Counted from the stretch's first letter, positions 10,081 to 19,094 are shown. The stretch: 64,000 nt of DNA from Bacteroidia bacterium (GCA_026414605.1 JAOAIP010000019.1:5242-69241); one strand, 5' to 3'. Notes: a model not told the origin generated them from the sequence alone. Made by a program: numbers and translations.

Positions 10081-10301
10081 TTTGCGTGAGGGATGCGAAG
10101 GGCGGCGAAGCCGGTACTGCCCCGAGGAGCGAAGCGACGAGGGGATTACCGAAGCGATAGCGAAGCCCGTAGCAGCCCGACCCGAACACACCACAGCCAA
10201 TTGAAATTTTTAAAACGACATTTTTTGTCGTTTTAAAAATAATGAGATAAAATCATTTACAAAGTTTGGAAATGCTGTGGTGTGTGAGGGGCACGCCCAA
10301 A
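10081..10301. repeat. GC-rich multibranch palindromic element (REP/MITE-like or ncRNA)
   Basis: Ends TTTGCGTG and CACGCCCAAA can pair; three GCGAAGC motifs; 12-bp IR 10186-10197/10274-10285; 15-bp IR 10206-10220/10226-10240. Confidence 0.75.
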
Positions 10302-10342
10302 TAAAAAATGGTATTAAAAGAAGTATCATTCATAAAGTTATT

Positions 10343-10876
10343 TTACTTTAATTGATTAATATCTTTGAACCAAGTGGAGTAAAATAAATAATTTTTTGCA
10401 ATACGTTCTACTTCGCCACTTAATAATTCTGCTGAAATGTCTTTTACTTTTTTTGCGGGGATGCCTGCAAATACGCAATTGTCAGGGACTTCTGTGCCTT
10501 CTAAAACAACAGCCCCTGCTGCGATAATTACATTTTTCCCAATCTTGCAATTGTCCATCACGATTGCCCCCATTCCTATCAACACATTGTCTGAAATGGT
10601 GCATCCGTGAACAATGGCGTTATGTCCAATAGATACATTATTGCCAATATGTGTTTCGGTTTTTTGATACGTGCAATGAATAGTGGCATTATCTTGGATA
10701 TTGACTCTATTTCCTATACGAATTTTATTAACATCACCTCTTACTACAGCATTGAACCAAATACTACACTCATCGCCCATTACTACATCGCCCACAATGG
10801 TAGCATTAGGGGCTACAAAGCAATTTTTACCAAACACAGGAAAAATGCCATTTACAGGATAAATAAAACCACTCAT
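10343..10876 (-). CDS. Gamma carbonic anhydrase family (YrdA/PaaY-like) protein
   Basis: Hexapeptide repeats; RGDVN, NIQDN..IH and GHNAIVHGC metal ligands. Confidence 0.92.
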   Translation of the reverse strand: MSGFIYPVNGIFPVFGKNCFVAPNATIVGDVVMGDECSIWFNAVVRGDVNKIRIGNRVNIQDNATIHCTYQKTETHIGNNVSIGHNAIVHGCTISDNVLIGMGAIVMDNCKIGKNVIIAAGAVVLEGTEVPDNCVFAGIPAKKVKDISAELLSGEVERIAKNYLFYSTWFKDINQLK

Positions 10877-10977
10877 ATTTTTTGCCTTAAAGGTATCTTA
10901 AATATAATTAAAAATCAACAGTGCTATTTCAACAAAAACAACATTCTTAGTATCTTTGTGGCATAAATTATTAAAAA

Positions 10978-11709
10978 ATGAAAATTAAACGCTTTACTGT
11001 AGAGGATGTTTATTTTAATATGATGAAGGAAGAATTTAAGGAAAACAAAGTAAAGTCAGAGGAGTCAATGTTTATTTATTTTGCTTCGTATTACATTAAT
11101 CGTTTTTTGCATACAGATTTAAAGATAAAATCATATATTGGATTGAAGGTAAAAGGCCAAACAAAAGATGTTTTTTGTATAACAATCCCTTTTTCTGCTA
11201 TCAATGAAAGCAAGGAAAACAAAAGGTTTTTCAAAAAATATTTTGAAGAATGTATTAAAGATAATGAAAGATACGTTGGTTTATTAAAATTAAATAAGGA
11301 ACAAAAGATTGGATTTTTATTCAAACACGATGAAGAACTTTTAAGTGCTTACAAAACAGGACAATATTCAAAAATATCTGAAAATAAAAAAAAGCGAATG
11401 AAACGGCTCAAAGTCATTGATTATGATATGAAAGTAAAAGCATTTTATGTATATCTTTCTAATCATCAAGAACCCAATCCTGATGAGTGGAAAGAATATC
11501 CTCTTGGAAAAAGCGATAAAATACTTTTTGAGTTATACAAAATGATTTATCCTGAATATTTTTACAATGTGTTGGCTGAACAATTCAATATCAACATTGA
11601 ATATTTAAAGAAAAATCAAGTTCAAATACTTCCTAAACCTAATTTTGAGAATGAGTATCTTGAAATATCTGAAAACGACGAATTGTATTGGTTTGATAAA
11701 AAACAATAA
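10978..11709 (+). CDS. Hypothetical protein
   Basis: 243-aa ORF with TATCTTTG promoter at 10951-10958; no family recognised. Confidence 0.65.
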   Translation: MKIKRFTVEDVYFNMMKEEFKENKVKSEESMFIYFASYYINRFLHTDLKIKSYIGLKVKGQTKDVFCITIPFSAINESKENKRFFKKYFEECIKDNERYVGLLKLNKEQKIGFLFKHDEELLSAYKTGQYSKISENKKKRMKRLKVIDYDMKVKAFYVYLSNHQEPNPDEWKEYPLGKSDKILFELYKMIYPEYFYNVLAEQFNINIEYLKKNQVQILPKPNFENEYLEISENDELYWFDKKQ

Positions 11710-12446
11710 TGCAAGGAATAAGGTTATACATTTGGACGACGTTTGTCGTTGTGTTTTTTTTATCTTGCAAAAAAGAAAACGCATTTGATTGTGTAAAAAC
11801 TTCAGGAAAAACAATCACAGAAGAAAGAGAATGTTTGAATTTTCATACTGTTGTTATTGAAGATAAATTAGATGTGTATTTAAAGCAAGATAATTTTTAT
11901 GTGTCTGTTACAGCAGGAAAAAATTTAATGAAGAACATTCATACAGAAGTAAAAAACGAAACCCTGTATGTTTCAAATAAAAACAAGTGCAATTTCATCA
12001 GAGACCCTAAGAAAAAAATACAAGTAGAAATCCATTTGCCAAAACTTAAATTCTTAAAACACAATGGTAGTGGTAATGTATATTCTTTAAATACTTTTGT
12101 TCAAGACACAATGCTATTGCGAATAGAATCCCCAGGAGATGTGCATTTGCAAGTTCAAACGCATTACTTTGGCGGAAGCACGCACGGAAATGGGGATTTA
12201 TATGTTTCAGGAAACACAGATTATTTTTATTACAACTACAACGGCACAAATTATATTTATGCTTCGTCATTAAATATCCATACCTATACTTATTTAGAAA
12301 GTCATTCGGTAGGGAATGCTTATATTCAATTAAACAACATTGGTCTGGATGCTAAATTATTTACAGATGGAAATATCTATTATACAGGAAATCCAATGTA
12401 TGTAAATTATGTTTCAAAAGGAAAAGGTAAGGTGATGAAGCAGTAA
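11709..12446 (+). CDS. DUF2807 / head GIN domain lipoprotein
   Basis: Lipobox FLSC, DCVKTSG, GxGxV beta-helix repeats, GNIYYTGNP. Confidence 0.85.
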   Translation: MQGIRLYIWTTFVVVFFLSCKKENAFDCVKTSGKTITEERECLNFHTVVIEDKLDVYLKQDNFYVSVTAGKNLMKNIHTEVKNETLYVSNKNKCNFIRDPKKKIQVEIHLPKLKFLKHNGSGNVYSLNTFVQDTMLLRIESPGDVHLQVQTHYFGGSTHGNGDLYVSGNTDYFYYNYNGTNYIYASSLNIHTYTYLESHSVGNAYIQLNNIGLDAKLFTDGNIYYTGNPMYVNYVSKGKGKVMKQ

Positions 12447-12519
12447 AAGAGAATTCATCTATAAAGTATAGTCCCAATAATTATTCAAACGTCTCGTTGC
12501 TCATTCCTTTTTTTTTAAC

Positions 12520-12527
12520 TATGTTTG
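12520..12527 (+). promoter_or_regulatory. Bacteroidota -7 promoter element of the transaldolase-CBS operon
   Basis: TATGTTTG matches TAnnTTTG, 16 nt before ATG 12544. Confidence 0.55.
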
Positions 12528-12543
12528 TCCAAAAAATTAAACT

Positions 12544-13551
12544 ATGGAATTGTATTTGGATTCTGCAAATATGCAGGAAATTGAGGAAGCATTTAAACTG
12601 GGATTTTTAACAGGACTTACTACCACACCTACGTTTATGCAGCGAGAAGGCATCACAGATATTGATGCTACTATTGTGAAATTGAGCAAGATGGTGCCCA
12701 TTCTTCAAATAGAAGCGCTTGGAAATACCGCAGAGGAAATCCTTGCAGAAGCCGACAGACAAATTGCACTTGGACTTGATCCACAAAAAACGGTATTTAA
12801 AATCCCTGTGTCTTTAGAAGGTGTGAGAGCGTGTAAAATGTTGAGAAATAAAGGATATTTAGTAAATATTCATTTAGTATATACATTGCAGCAAGCATAT
12901 ATGGCAATGCAAGCAGGGGCTACTTACGTATGTCCATTAGTAGGCCGTTTGCAAGACCAAGGACACGACGCATTAGCACTTATTGATCAATGTGTAAAAG
13001 CCGTTAATTATTACAAATATCCTACAAAGATTATGTTTTCTTCTGTTCGTCATACCGAGCACGTGCGCAATGCCATCAACCTTGGCGTTCATACGATTAC
13101 TGTGCCTTGGAAAGTGATGAAACAACTTACGGAAAACAATCTTACAACTCTTGGCACAGAACAATTTATCATTGATACTAAATTAATGACCAAACGTGTA
13201 AAAGATGTTATTAGAAATGTAAATCCTGTGGTGTCTATCAATACAAAATTAACCGATGCCATTATTAAAATGACAGAATATGGATTTGGTGCAATAACAA
13301 TTGTAGATGATAACGATGTTGTAAAAGGTATATTTACGGATGGCGATTTAAGAAGAAGTATAATGAAAGAGGGATCTAAGTTTTTAGAGAAAAAATTATC
13401 AGATTTAAATTTTAAGACGCCCTATACCATCAAAGCCAATGCTTTATTAAACGATGCTTATCAAATGTTCAAAAAAACAAATGTGGATACTATTGTAGTA
13501 GTAGATGATAATAATAAAGCCATTGGAATGATTGATATTCAAGATGTGTAA
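12544..13551 (+). CDS. Transaldolase/FSA-family domain fused to a tandem CBS pair
   Basis: YLDSA, TTTPT, Schiff-base Lys in VFKIP, GATYVCPLVGRL; C-terminal GIFTDGDLRR and VVVDD...IGMIDIQDV CBS motifs. Confidence 0.9.
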   Translation: MELYLDSANMQEIEEAFKLGFLTGLTTTPTFMQREGITDIDATIVKLSKMVPILQIEALGNTAEEILAEADRQIALGLDPQKTVFKIPVSLEGVRACKMLRNKGYLVNIHLVYTLQQAYMAMQAGATYVCPLVGRLQDQGHDALALIDQCVKAVNYYKYPTKIMFSSVRHTEHVRNAINLGVHTITVPWKVMKQLTENNLTTLGTEQFIIDTKLMTKRVKDVIRNVNPVVSINTKLTDAIIKMTEYGFGAITIVDDNDVVKGIFTDGDLRRSIMKEGSKFLEKKLSDLNFKTPYTIKANALLNDAYQMFKKTNVDTIVVVDDNNKAIGMIDIQDV

Positions 13552-13554
13552 AAA

Positions 13555-14259
13555 ATGAATACGGTATTTGAAAAGTTTCAGCAAAAAGGAGGCCGTTTTC
13601 TAATTAATGAAAGGTTATTTTTAAATCGCTTAGATAAAATCAAGTTGTTTATTTTTGATTGGGACGGCGTATTTACTAATGGATTAAAAGATGCCCAACT
13701 TCAAAGTCAGTTCAATGAATCGGACTCGGTAGGATTAAACTTGTTGCGTTTTTCTTATTTTTTAGTAAACAAAAAAACGCCCATAGTAAGCATTATTTCT
13801 GGTGAAAAAAATCAATCGGCTTTTACTTTAGCCCAGAGAGAACACATACATAGACACTACTTCAAGATACCACATAAAATTTTAGCATTTCAACATTTAT
13901 GTCAATCTTTTAATGTTTCACCAAAAGAATGTTGTTTTGTATTTGATGATATTTTAGATTTGAGCATAGCACAAGAATGTGGCTTGAGAATGTATATTCA
14001 AAAAACTTCTGCAGTTCTCTTTAATGACTATGTAATAAAAAATTTATTAGCCGATTATATTAGTTTTTCAAGTGGTTCAAACAATGCTGTAAGAGAAATT
14101 ACAGAGTTATTAATTGGTGCTTATGATAATTTTGAAGAAGTGATCCGACATCGTATCCAATACGATGATATTTATCAAACGTATTTAAAACAAAAAAAAT
14201 CAGTAACAACGGAGAATTACACATATATTGATAATACTATTCAACTTGTTCAATTATAG
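13555..14259 (+). CDS. KdsC/YrbI-like HAD phosphatase (divergent)
   Basis: IKLFIFDWDGVFTNG (motif I), F...D..G, IISG (II), Lys (III), FDDILD (IV), AVREITELLI. Confidence 0.8.
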   Translation: MNTVFEKFQQKGGRFLINERLFLNRLDKIKLFIFDWDGVFTNGLKDAQLQSQFNESDSVGLNLLRFSYFLVNKKTPIVSIISGEKNQSAFTLAQREHIHRHYFKIPHKILAFQHLCQSFNVSPKECCFVFDDILDLSIAQECGLRMYIQKTSAVLFNDYVIKNLLADYISFSSGSNNAVREITELLIGAYDNFEEVIRHRIQYDDIYQTYLKQKKSVTTENYTYIDNTIQLVQL

Positions 14260-14262
14260 TTT

Positions 14263-15288
14263 ATGCTTATTCGTAGCAAAGCCCCATTAAGATTAGGATT
14301 AGCAGGAGGCGGTACAGATGTATCACCTTATTCAGATATTTATGGCGGATCTGTTTTGAATGCTACTATAAATCTATATGCCGTAACTACTATTGAACCT
14401 ACTACTAATAATACAATTGAATTAACTTTGGGAAATTATGGAAAGAGTAAAACATTTAAGAGTGAAAGACATATTGAAATTGAACAACCCTACGAGTTGA
14501 TATTAGCCGTTTATAATCGCATTGTTAAAATGTTTGATTTACCGCCTTTGTCTTTCAAATTACATTGTTACATAGAAGCCCCACAAGGTTCAGGATTAGG
14601 AACTTCATCTACATTAGTAGTATCTATTTTAGGATGTTTTACAGAATGGCTTAAACTTCCTTTGGGAAAATATGATATCGCACATCTTGCTTATGAAATA
14701 GAACGGCTTGATTTAAAAATGCACGGGGGAAAACAAGACCAATATGCGGCTACTTTTGGAGGTATCAACTTTCTTGAATTTTATGCCAATGATAAAGTCA
14801 TTGTCAATCCTTTGGATATTAAACCGCATATCAAAAAAGAATTAGAATTGTGTTTATTGCTCTATTTTACAGACACTCAAAGACATTCCTCTGAAATCAT
14901 CAAAGAACAAATTCAAAATGTTCAATCCAATAAAACAACCTCTATTGAAGCAATGCATCATTTGAAAGAACAAGCGTTGTTATTAAAAGATTATTTATTA
15001 AAAGGAGAATTAAATAAAATTGGAGAACTTTTACACTTTGGTTGGATACATAAAAAGCAAATGGCAAGCAATATATCCAATACATTAATTGACAACATCT
15101 ATGAGTCCGCACTCAAAGCAGGTGCTACGGGAGGAAAAATATCCGGAGCAGGAGGAGGGGGATTTATGTTTTTTTATTGTCCTAAAAATACAAAGTTAGA
15201 AGTGGCTAATGCAGTATTAAAGTTTGGTGGAAAAACTCAACCCTTTCAATTTACAACTGAGGGCTTAACGACTTGGACGGTGGATTAG
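14263..15288 (+). CDS. hddA: D-glycero-alpha-D-manno-heptose-7-phosphate kinase-like GHMP kinase
   Basis: RSKAPLRLGLAGGGTD, PQGSGLGTSS, GGKQDQYAA, GKISGAGGGGF. Confidence 0.88.
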   Translation: MLIRSKAPLRLGLAGGGTDVSPYSDIYGGSVLNATINLYAVTTIEPTTNNTIELTLGNYGKSKTFKSERHIEIEQPYELILAVYNRIVKMFDLPPLSFKLHCYIEAPQGSGLGTSSTLVVSILGCFTEWLKLPLGKYDIAHLAYEIERLDLKMHGGKQDQYAATFGGINFLEFYANDKVIVNPLDIKPHIKKELELCLLLYFTDTQRHSSEIIKEQIQNVQSNKTTSIEAMHHLKEQALLLKDYLLKGELNKIGELLHFGWIHKKQMASNISNTLIDNIYESALKAGATGGKISGAGGGGFMFFYCPKNTKLEVANAVLKFGGKTQPFQFTTEGLTTWTVD

Positions 15289-16171
15289 GTAATAAAAATT
15301 TTTCCTTTAAGGACGAATCAAAATAAGGTGTTTGATGTACTTTGTAATTATTCCAATAAATTGGAAAATGTTTTTTCATAAAAGTATCAATATTACGCAT
15401 ACCTATTAAGTACCAAAGTCCTTTCAAAATACCAATTGGTGTAGTATTGATGGATCGCATACTCATTGCTATGCTATTTTCTAGATACTCAATATGGTGC
15501 CAAAATCCTGGAGGCATTATCAAAGCATCAGATGGTTCTAATATCACTTCATATCCTTGTGCTTCTTTGAGTTTAGGAAACTGTGTTTCTAATTCATTTA
15601 TTCTTTCAGCATAATTGGAAAAATCTACCCAACTCAATACTTCAAAAGGTTTTCTGTATAAAAGATGTTGTTGGTCAAATGGAAACAACAAAAACTTTTT
15701 TCTGCCATAAATTTGAACGTGTAAAACAGTACTATAATCAATATCAAAATGTATATGAGTAATGGACCCCTTTCCCCCTATAAATAACATTGGGGCTTGC
15801 TTTACAATAGGAGAAATAACATCGGTTGGATAATCAAAATCTTTTAGTAATTCAGGGGCTTGTGTGTAGATATTGAATAAAAACAAACGCCATTTATGTT
15901 CAGGATGTTGTAAAATGTTTTGAATGTAATCGCTAAAAGACATATAATCGTCGGCAGTATTGACAGGCGTATAAGCGTCACTTTTGACATTGTTGTACAA
16001 TGGGACTTTTATATCTTTGATTTTATTTTGGAGATATTCGGGAGTCCACAAATTTTGGGCTTTCCAACGATGTGCAAAATTTTTTAATACAACAGGCGTT
16101 TGTTGGCTAATGTAATTGCGAATTTGCTTTTTACCTACGACAGTCAATATTTTAGGAGATTTTAAATGCAT
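15251..16171 (-). CDS. JmjC / cupin-8 Fe(II)-2OG oxygenase
   Basis: PVVLK..A..W.A...W, THIHFD (HxD), PPGFWHHIEY. Start set to ATG 16171 because the longer ORF overlaps tmRNA. Confidence 0.88.
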   Translation of the reverse strand: MHLKSPKILTVVGKKQIRNYISQQTPVVLKNFAHRWKAQNLWTPEYLQNKIKDIKVPLYNNVKSDAYTPVNTADDYMSFSDYIQNILQHPEHKWRLFLFNIYTQAPELLKDFDYPTDVISPIVKQAPMLFIGGKGSITHIHFDIDYSTVLHVQIYGRKKFLLFPFDQQHLLYRKPFEVLSWVDFSNYAERINELETQFPKLKEAQGYEVILEPSDALIMPPGFWHHIEYLENSIAMSMRSINTTPIGILKGLWYLIGMRNIDTFMKKHFPIYWNNYKVHQTPYFDSSLKEKFLLPNPPSKSLSPQL

Positions 16172-16216
16172 ATAAACAAAATTAATTACATTTGAATTCC
16201 TAAGTTTATAAAAATG

Positions 16217-16570
16217 TGGACCCGCTCCGAATCGAACGGAGGTCCAAGTAAGCAATGAGTAAGTTTTCTACAGGTTTAGTGTTCACTTTCGCATTCGGTA
16301 CAAAGCAAGCAGAACACCGCTTATACTTTGTACCTATCCGCTGGTAGTCATCTTTCGTAGCGGAGTCCGAAAGATGCTCTGTCTCTTTCCGACGCCTTAC
16401 ACCTTTCGCCAGACAGAAGGGCTAAAGGGAAGACGGGCTGCAACTATTAGGCAGCCATTGCGAAGTTAGATTCGCCATTTAAGTTTTGGAGACGAGATTT
16501 AAGAGCATTGTCCCCATTGCTCTACCTGCTTACTTACCCATTGTTCTTACTGTCGATACCTGTCGGGCCC
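16217..16570 (-). ncRNA. ssrA: tmRNA; proteolysis tag (A)GESNFAMAA* at 16476-16447
   Basis: 5' GGGCCCG pairs with 3' CGGGTCC-A with a G3:U70 pair; T-arm CTCCG-TTCGATT-CGGAG; 5' GGTATCGAC; tag ends AA-TAA-TAG. The 3' CCA is not fully encoded. Confidence 0.96.
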
Positions 16571-16650
16571 AATGTTTTCAAAGTGCAGTTTCTTAAATCA
16601 AGTTTTATACCAATTTATTATTTACCGCAAAAATGGCAGAAAGGTGGTTA

Positions 16651-17254
16651 TTATTTTGACCAGTTTTTAGGTTTGAATTTTTTATCATTTAATATCTTAG
16701 CAGATTCACCGGTGGCTTTGATTACAAACAATCCTTTTTTATAAGCGTATTTATCGGCTTCTTCATTCACATTTAAATAAGCAACAGCACCATAGATATT
16801 TTTGTTTTTATATTCTGAAAATACTTTTTTGAATACTTTCAGTTTTTCAATATTCATTAACGTCTTCAACTCTTAAGGTTGTTTTTACTTCTACAGCGAC
16901 AATATCAGTTCCATTGATGACTAAGATGTCAATTTCAATTTCTTTTCCATTGTATAAGCTTTTTACTCTTTGACGAGTACCTCTTACATCTATTCCTCTT
17001 TCTCGCAGTATTTTTGCTAAGTTACCTTCTACTAATGATTCAACAAGGTTTCCCCAATGTCCTATAAAAAGATTTTCTAATTGTCTTAGTTTTTTTTCGG
17101 TTTTGAGTGATTCTTCTTTTAATAATTGTTTTGTTTCTTCAAATTGTTTAGCAGTTTCTTGAAACTTTTTGTCTGTTTCTTGGAATTTTTTGTCTGTTTC
17201 TTGGAATAATTTCCATATTTTTTCAAAATCAAGTTTTTCAGATTTTGCTTTCAT
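16651..17254 (-). pseudogene. Frameshifted coiled-coil + PD-(D/E)XK-like protein (DUF3782-like)
   Basis: EIDILV...VAVEVKTTL in 16847-17254; the continuation IEKLKVFKK...IYGAVAY...AYKKGLFVI is in another frame; break near 16850. Confidence 0.8.
17123..17206 (-). repeat. 21-bp coding tandem repeat (about 4 units)
   Basis: Encodes FQETDKK-FQETDKK-FQETAKQ-FEETKQL. Confidence 0.85.
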
Positions 17255-17260
17255 AAAGAG

Positions 17261-17506
17261 TTATTTATGATTCTTTATCCCTTTAATAAACCGAATGATT
17301 TCTTTTCTAAAAAAGAAAGCCATTAAAATATAAGGAATCACCATTAAATAAATAATGCCCTCGTTGATACCTTTGGCTACTGAATTAGGATTGTTTTGTA
17401 AATCGCTTTCAGCGGCGGCTTTACACATGGCACATTGTGCCAATAAAGATAGTTGATTTCCTACTATCATCAGTATAAACAATGTGAAAAAAAATATTTT
17501 TCTCAT
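17261..17506 (-). CDS. Small membrane protein with AQCAMC motif
   Basis: Signal-like helix, AQCAMCKA, GIN.GI.YLM..PY TM helix; I recall this pattern as a conserved small Bacteroidota protein. Confidence 0.8.
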   Translation of the reverse strand: MRKIFFFTLFILMIVGNQLSLLAQCAMCKAAAESDLQNNPNSVAKGINEGIIYLMVIPYILMAFFFRKEIIRFIKGIKNHK

Positions 17507-17522
17507 AAAAAAATAATTTTAA

Positions 17523-18176
17523 TTATTCTTCAAACTTTTTATATCCCTGAGGAATTTCAAATTCTTCGCTTTTAATTTTTTCTGAAGTGATTTTTGTTGT
17601 TTCAAGTTTGGTAATGATTCTACCTGTACTTATTTGTTTTTCAATAGATAATAGTGGCATAGAACCTTTTGGCAGACCAGTGATTTTAGTATAATAAACA
17701 GATTGTTTGTCTTTTCTATTCCAAAGTTGCAGCATTGGAATAAAAAAGTCAAAATTTCCTTTATTAGTTATCCAATAGGTAATTTCTGTGTCTTCTGATT
17801 TGTTTGTTACAATATATTCGGAGCAAGGATATCCAAGGATATTTTTAGTTTTTTCTGTTTTTGTAATTTTAAAGTCATCTTTATTAGTAGGCGAGACGGT
17901 GCTTTTATGAGTATTCCATAATTTTCTAGTGTGGCTTAAAATTTTAATATCTTTTTTATTTAAGTCAAATAAGTAACTTCCTTCTATTGAATTTTTCTTG
18001 GATTTGGAGTATTGGTCTAAACGAGCTTTTTCATTTTTTACTAAATATTCATTTTTAGAAGTATCTTTTTGATAGTATAAAAATTCAATTTTTCCCTCAA
18101 AAGAACTTTGAGCATTTGTATATGAATACAAATTGATGACAAAGAGAATAGATAAACTTTTGAAGTATTTGAACAT
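17523..18176 (-). CDS. DUF4412-like exported protein
   Basis: Signal peptide, FEGKI, KTKNILGYPCSEY, FEIPQGY; start at ATG 18176. Confidence 0.75.
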   Translation of the reverse strand: MFKYFKSLSILFVINLYSYTNAQSSFEGKIEFLYYQKDTSKNEYLVKNEKARLDQYSKSKKNSIEGSYLFDLNKKDIKILSHTRKLWNTHKSTVSPTNKDDFKITKTEKTKNILGYPCSEYIVTNKSEDTEITYWITNKGNFDFFIPMLQLWNRKDKQSVYYTKITGLPKGSMPLLSIEKQISTGRIITKLETTKITSEKIKSEEFEIPQGYKKFEE

Positions 18177-18410
18177 AATTATTTTTCCACAAAGATAATG
18201 AGTTTTATACGAATATAGTATCTTAAAATTTGTTACCATTCAAATTGTGATAAAGATGGAGTTTTGTTGTTTTTATTATGATTTAAGGATGAGTTTTAAA
18301 AATACGTCTCTTTTGATTTCTAATTGACCGAATTTGATTTTTGAAAGAAGAATTAAAAATTCTTCTTTTAATTAAATCTATTCTCTTACTTTTGCGGGCA
18401 AAAAAGAGAT

Positions 18411-19064
18411 ATGAAATTTTTTATTGATACAGCCAATTTAGAAGAAATTAAAGAAGCCGCTGCACTTGGTATTTTAGATGGAGTAACCACCAATCCATCG
18501 TTAATGGCAAAAGTGGGCATTAAAGGCAAAGAAGCAGTAAGATCTCATTACAAAGCCATTTGTGAAATTGTGGATGGCGATATAAGTGCAGAGGTGGTTT
18601 CAACAACTTATGATGAGATGATAAAAGAAGGGAAAGAATTGGCGGACATTCATCCCAACATCGTAGTCAAAGTGCCTATGACAAAAGACGGAGTGAAAGC
18701 CATCCGATATTTTTCTGACAATGGTATTAGAACAAATTGCACACTGGTTTTTTCTGCAGGTCAGGCACTCTTAGCAGCAAAAGCAGGGGCTACTTATGTA
18801 TCTCCATTTGTAGGAAGATTAGACGATGTGTCTTCTGATGGATTGCAGTTAATTAGCGATATAGTAGAAATTTATAGTAATTATTTTTTTGAAACGGAAG
18901 TATTAGCCGCCTCTATCAGACACCCAATGCACATAATAGAGTGTGCAAAAAGAGGGGCAGATGTTATTACAGCACCACTTAGTGCTATTTTAGCATTACT
19001 CAATCACCCACTTACAGATAAAGGATTAGATATTTTCTTAAAAGATGCTGAAAAGTGGAAGTAA
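18411..19064 (+). CDS. fsa: Canonical small transaldolase (TalC/FSA family)
   Basis: [37 protein letters not shown]; the Glu/Phe pair indicates transaldolase activity. Confidence 0.93.
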   Translation: MKFFIDTANLEEIKEAAALGILDGVTTNPSLMAKVGIKGKEAVRSHYKAICEIVDGDISAEVVSTTYDEMIKEGKELADIHPNIVVKVPMTKDGVKAIRYFSDNGIRTNCTLVFSAGQALLAAKAGATYVSPFVGRLDDVSSDGLQLISDIVEIYSNYFFETEVLAASIRHPMHIIECAKRGADVITAPLSAILALLNHPLTDKGLDIFLKDAEKWK

Positions 19065-19066
19065 AT

Positions 19067-19094
19067 AAAAAACCCCTCTAAAAAGAGGGGTTTT
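19067..19094. terminator. Bidirectional intrinsic terminator
   Basis: AAAAAACCCCTCT-AAA-AAGAGGGGTTTT between convergent genes. Confidence 0.8.

Noticed and set aside
16172..16255. N-terminal extension of the JmjC ORF, and a tRNA-like T-arm at 16217-16245
   Set aside because: This is the 3' tRNA-like domain of tmRNA; it is neither coding nor a separate tRNA.
16217..16260. Possible prophage or island integrated at the ssrA 3' end
   Set aside because: I saw no duplicated ssrA 3' end and no integrase in the window.
17123..17206. Tandem repeats as a CRISPR array
   Set aside because: They are contiguous 21-bp in-frame coding units with no spacers and no cas genes.
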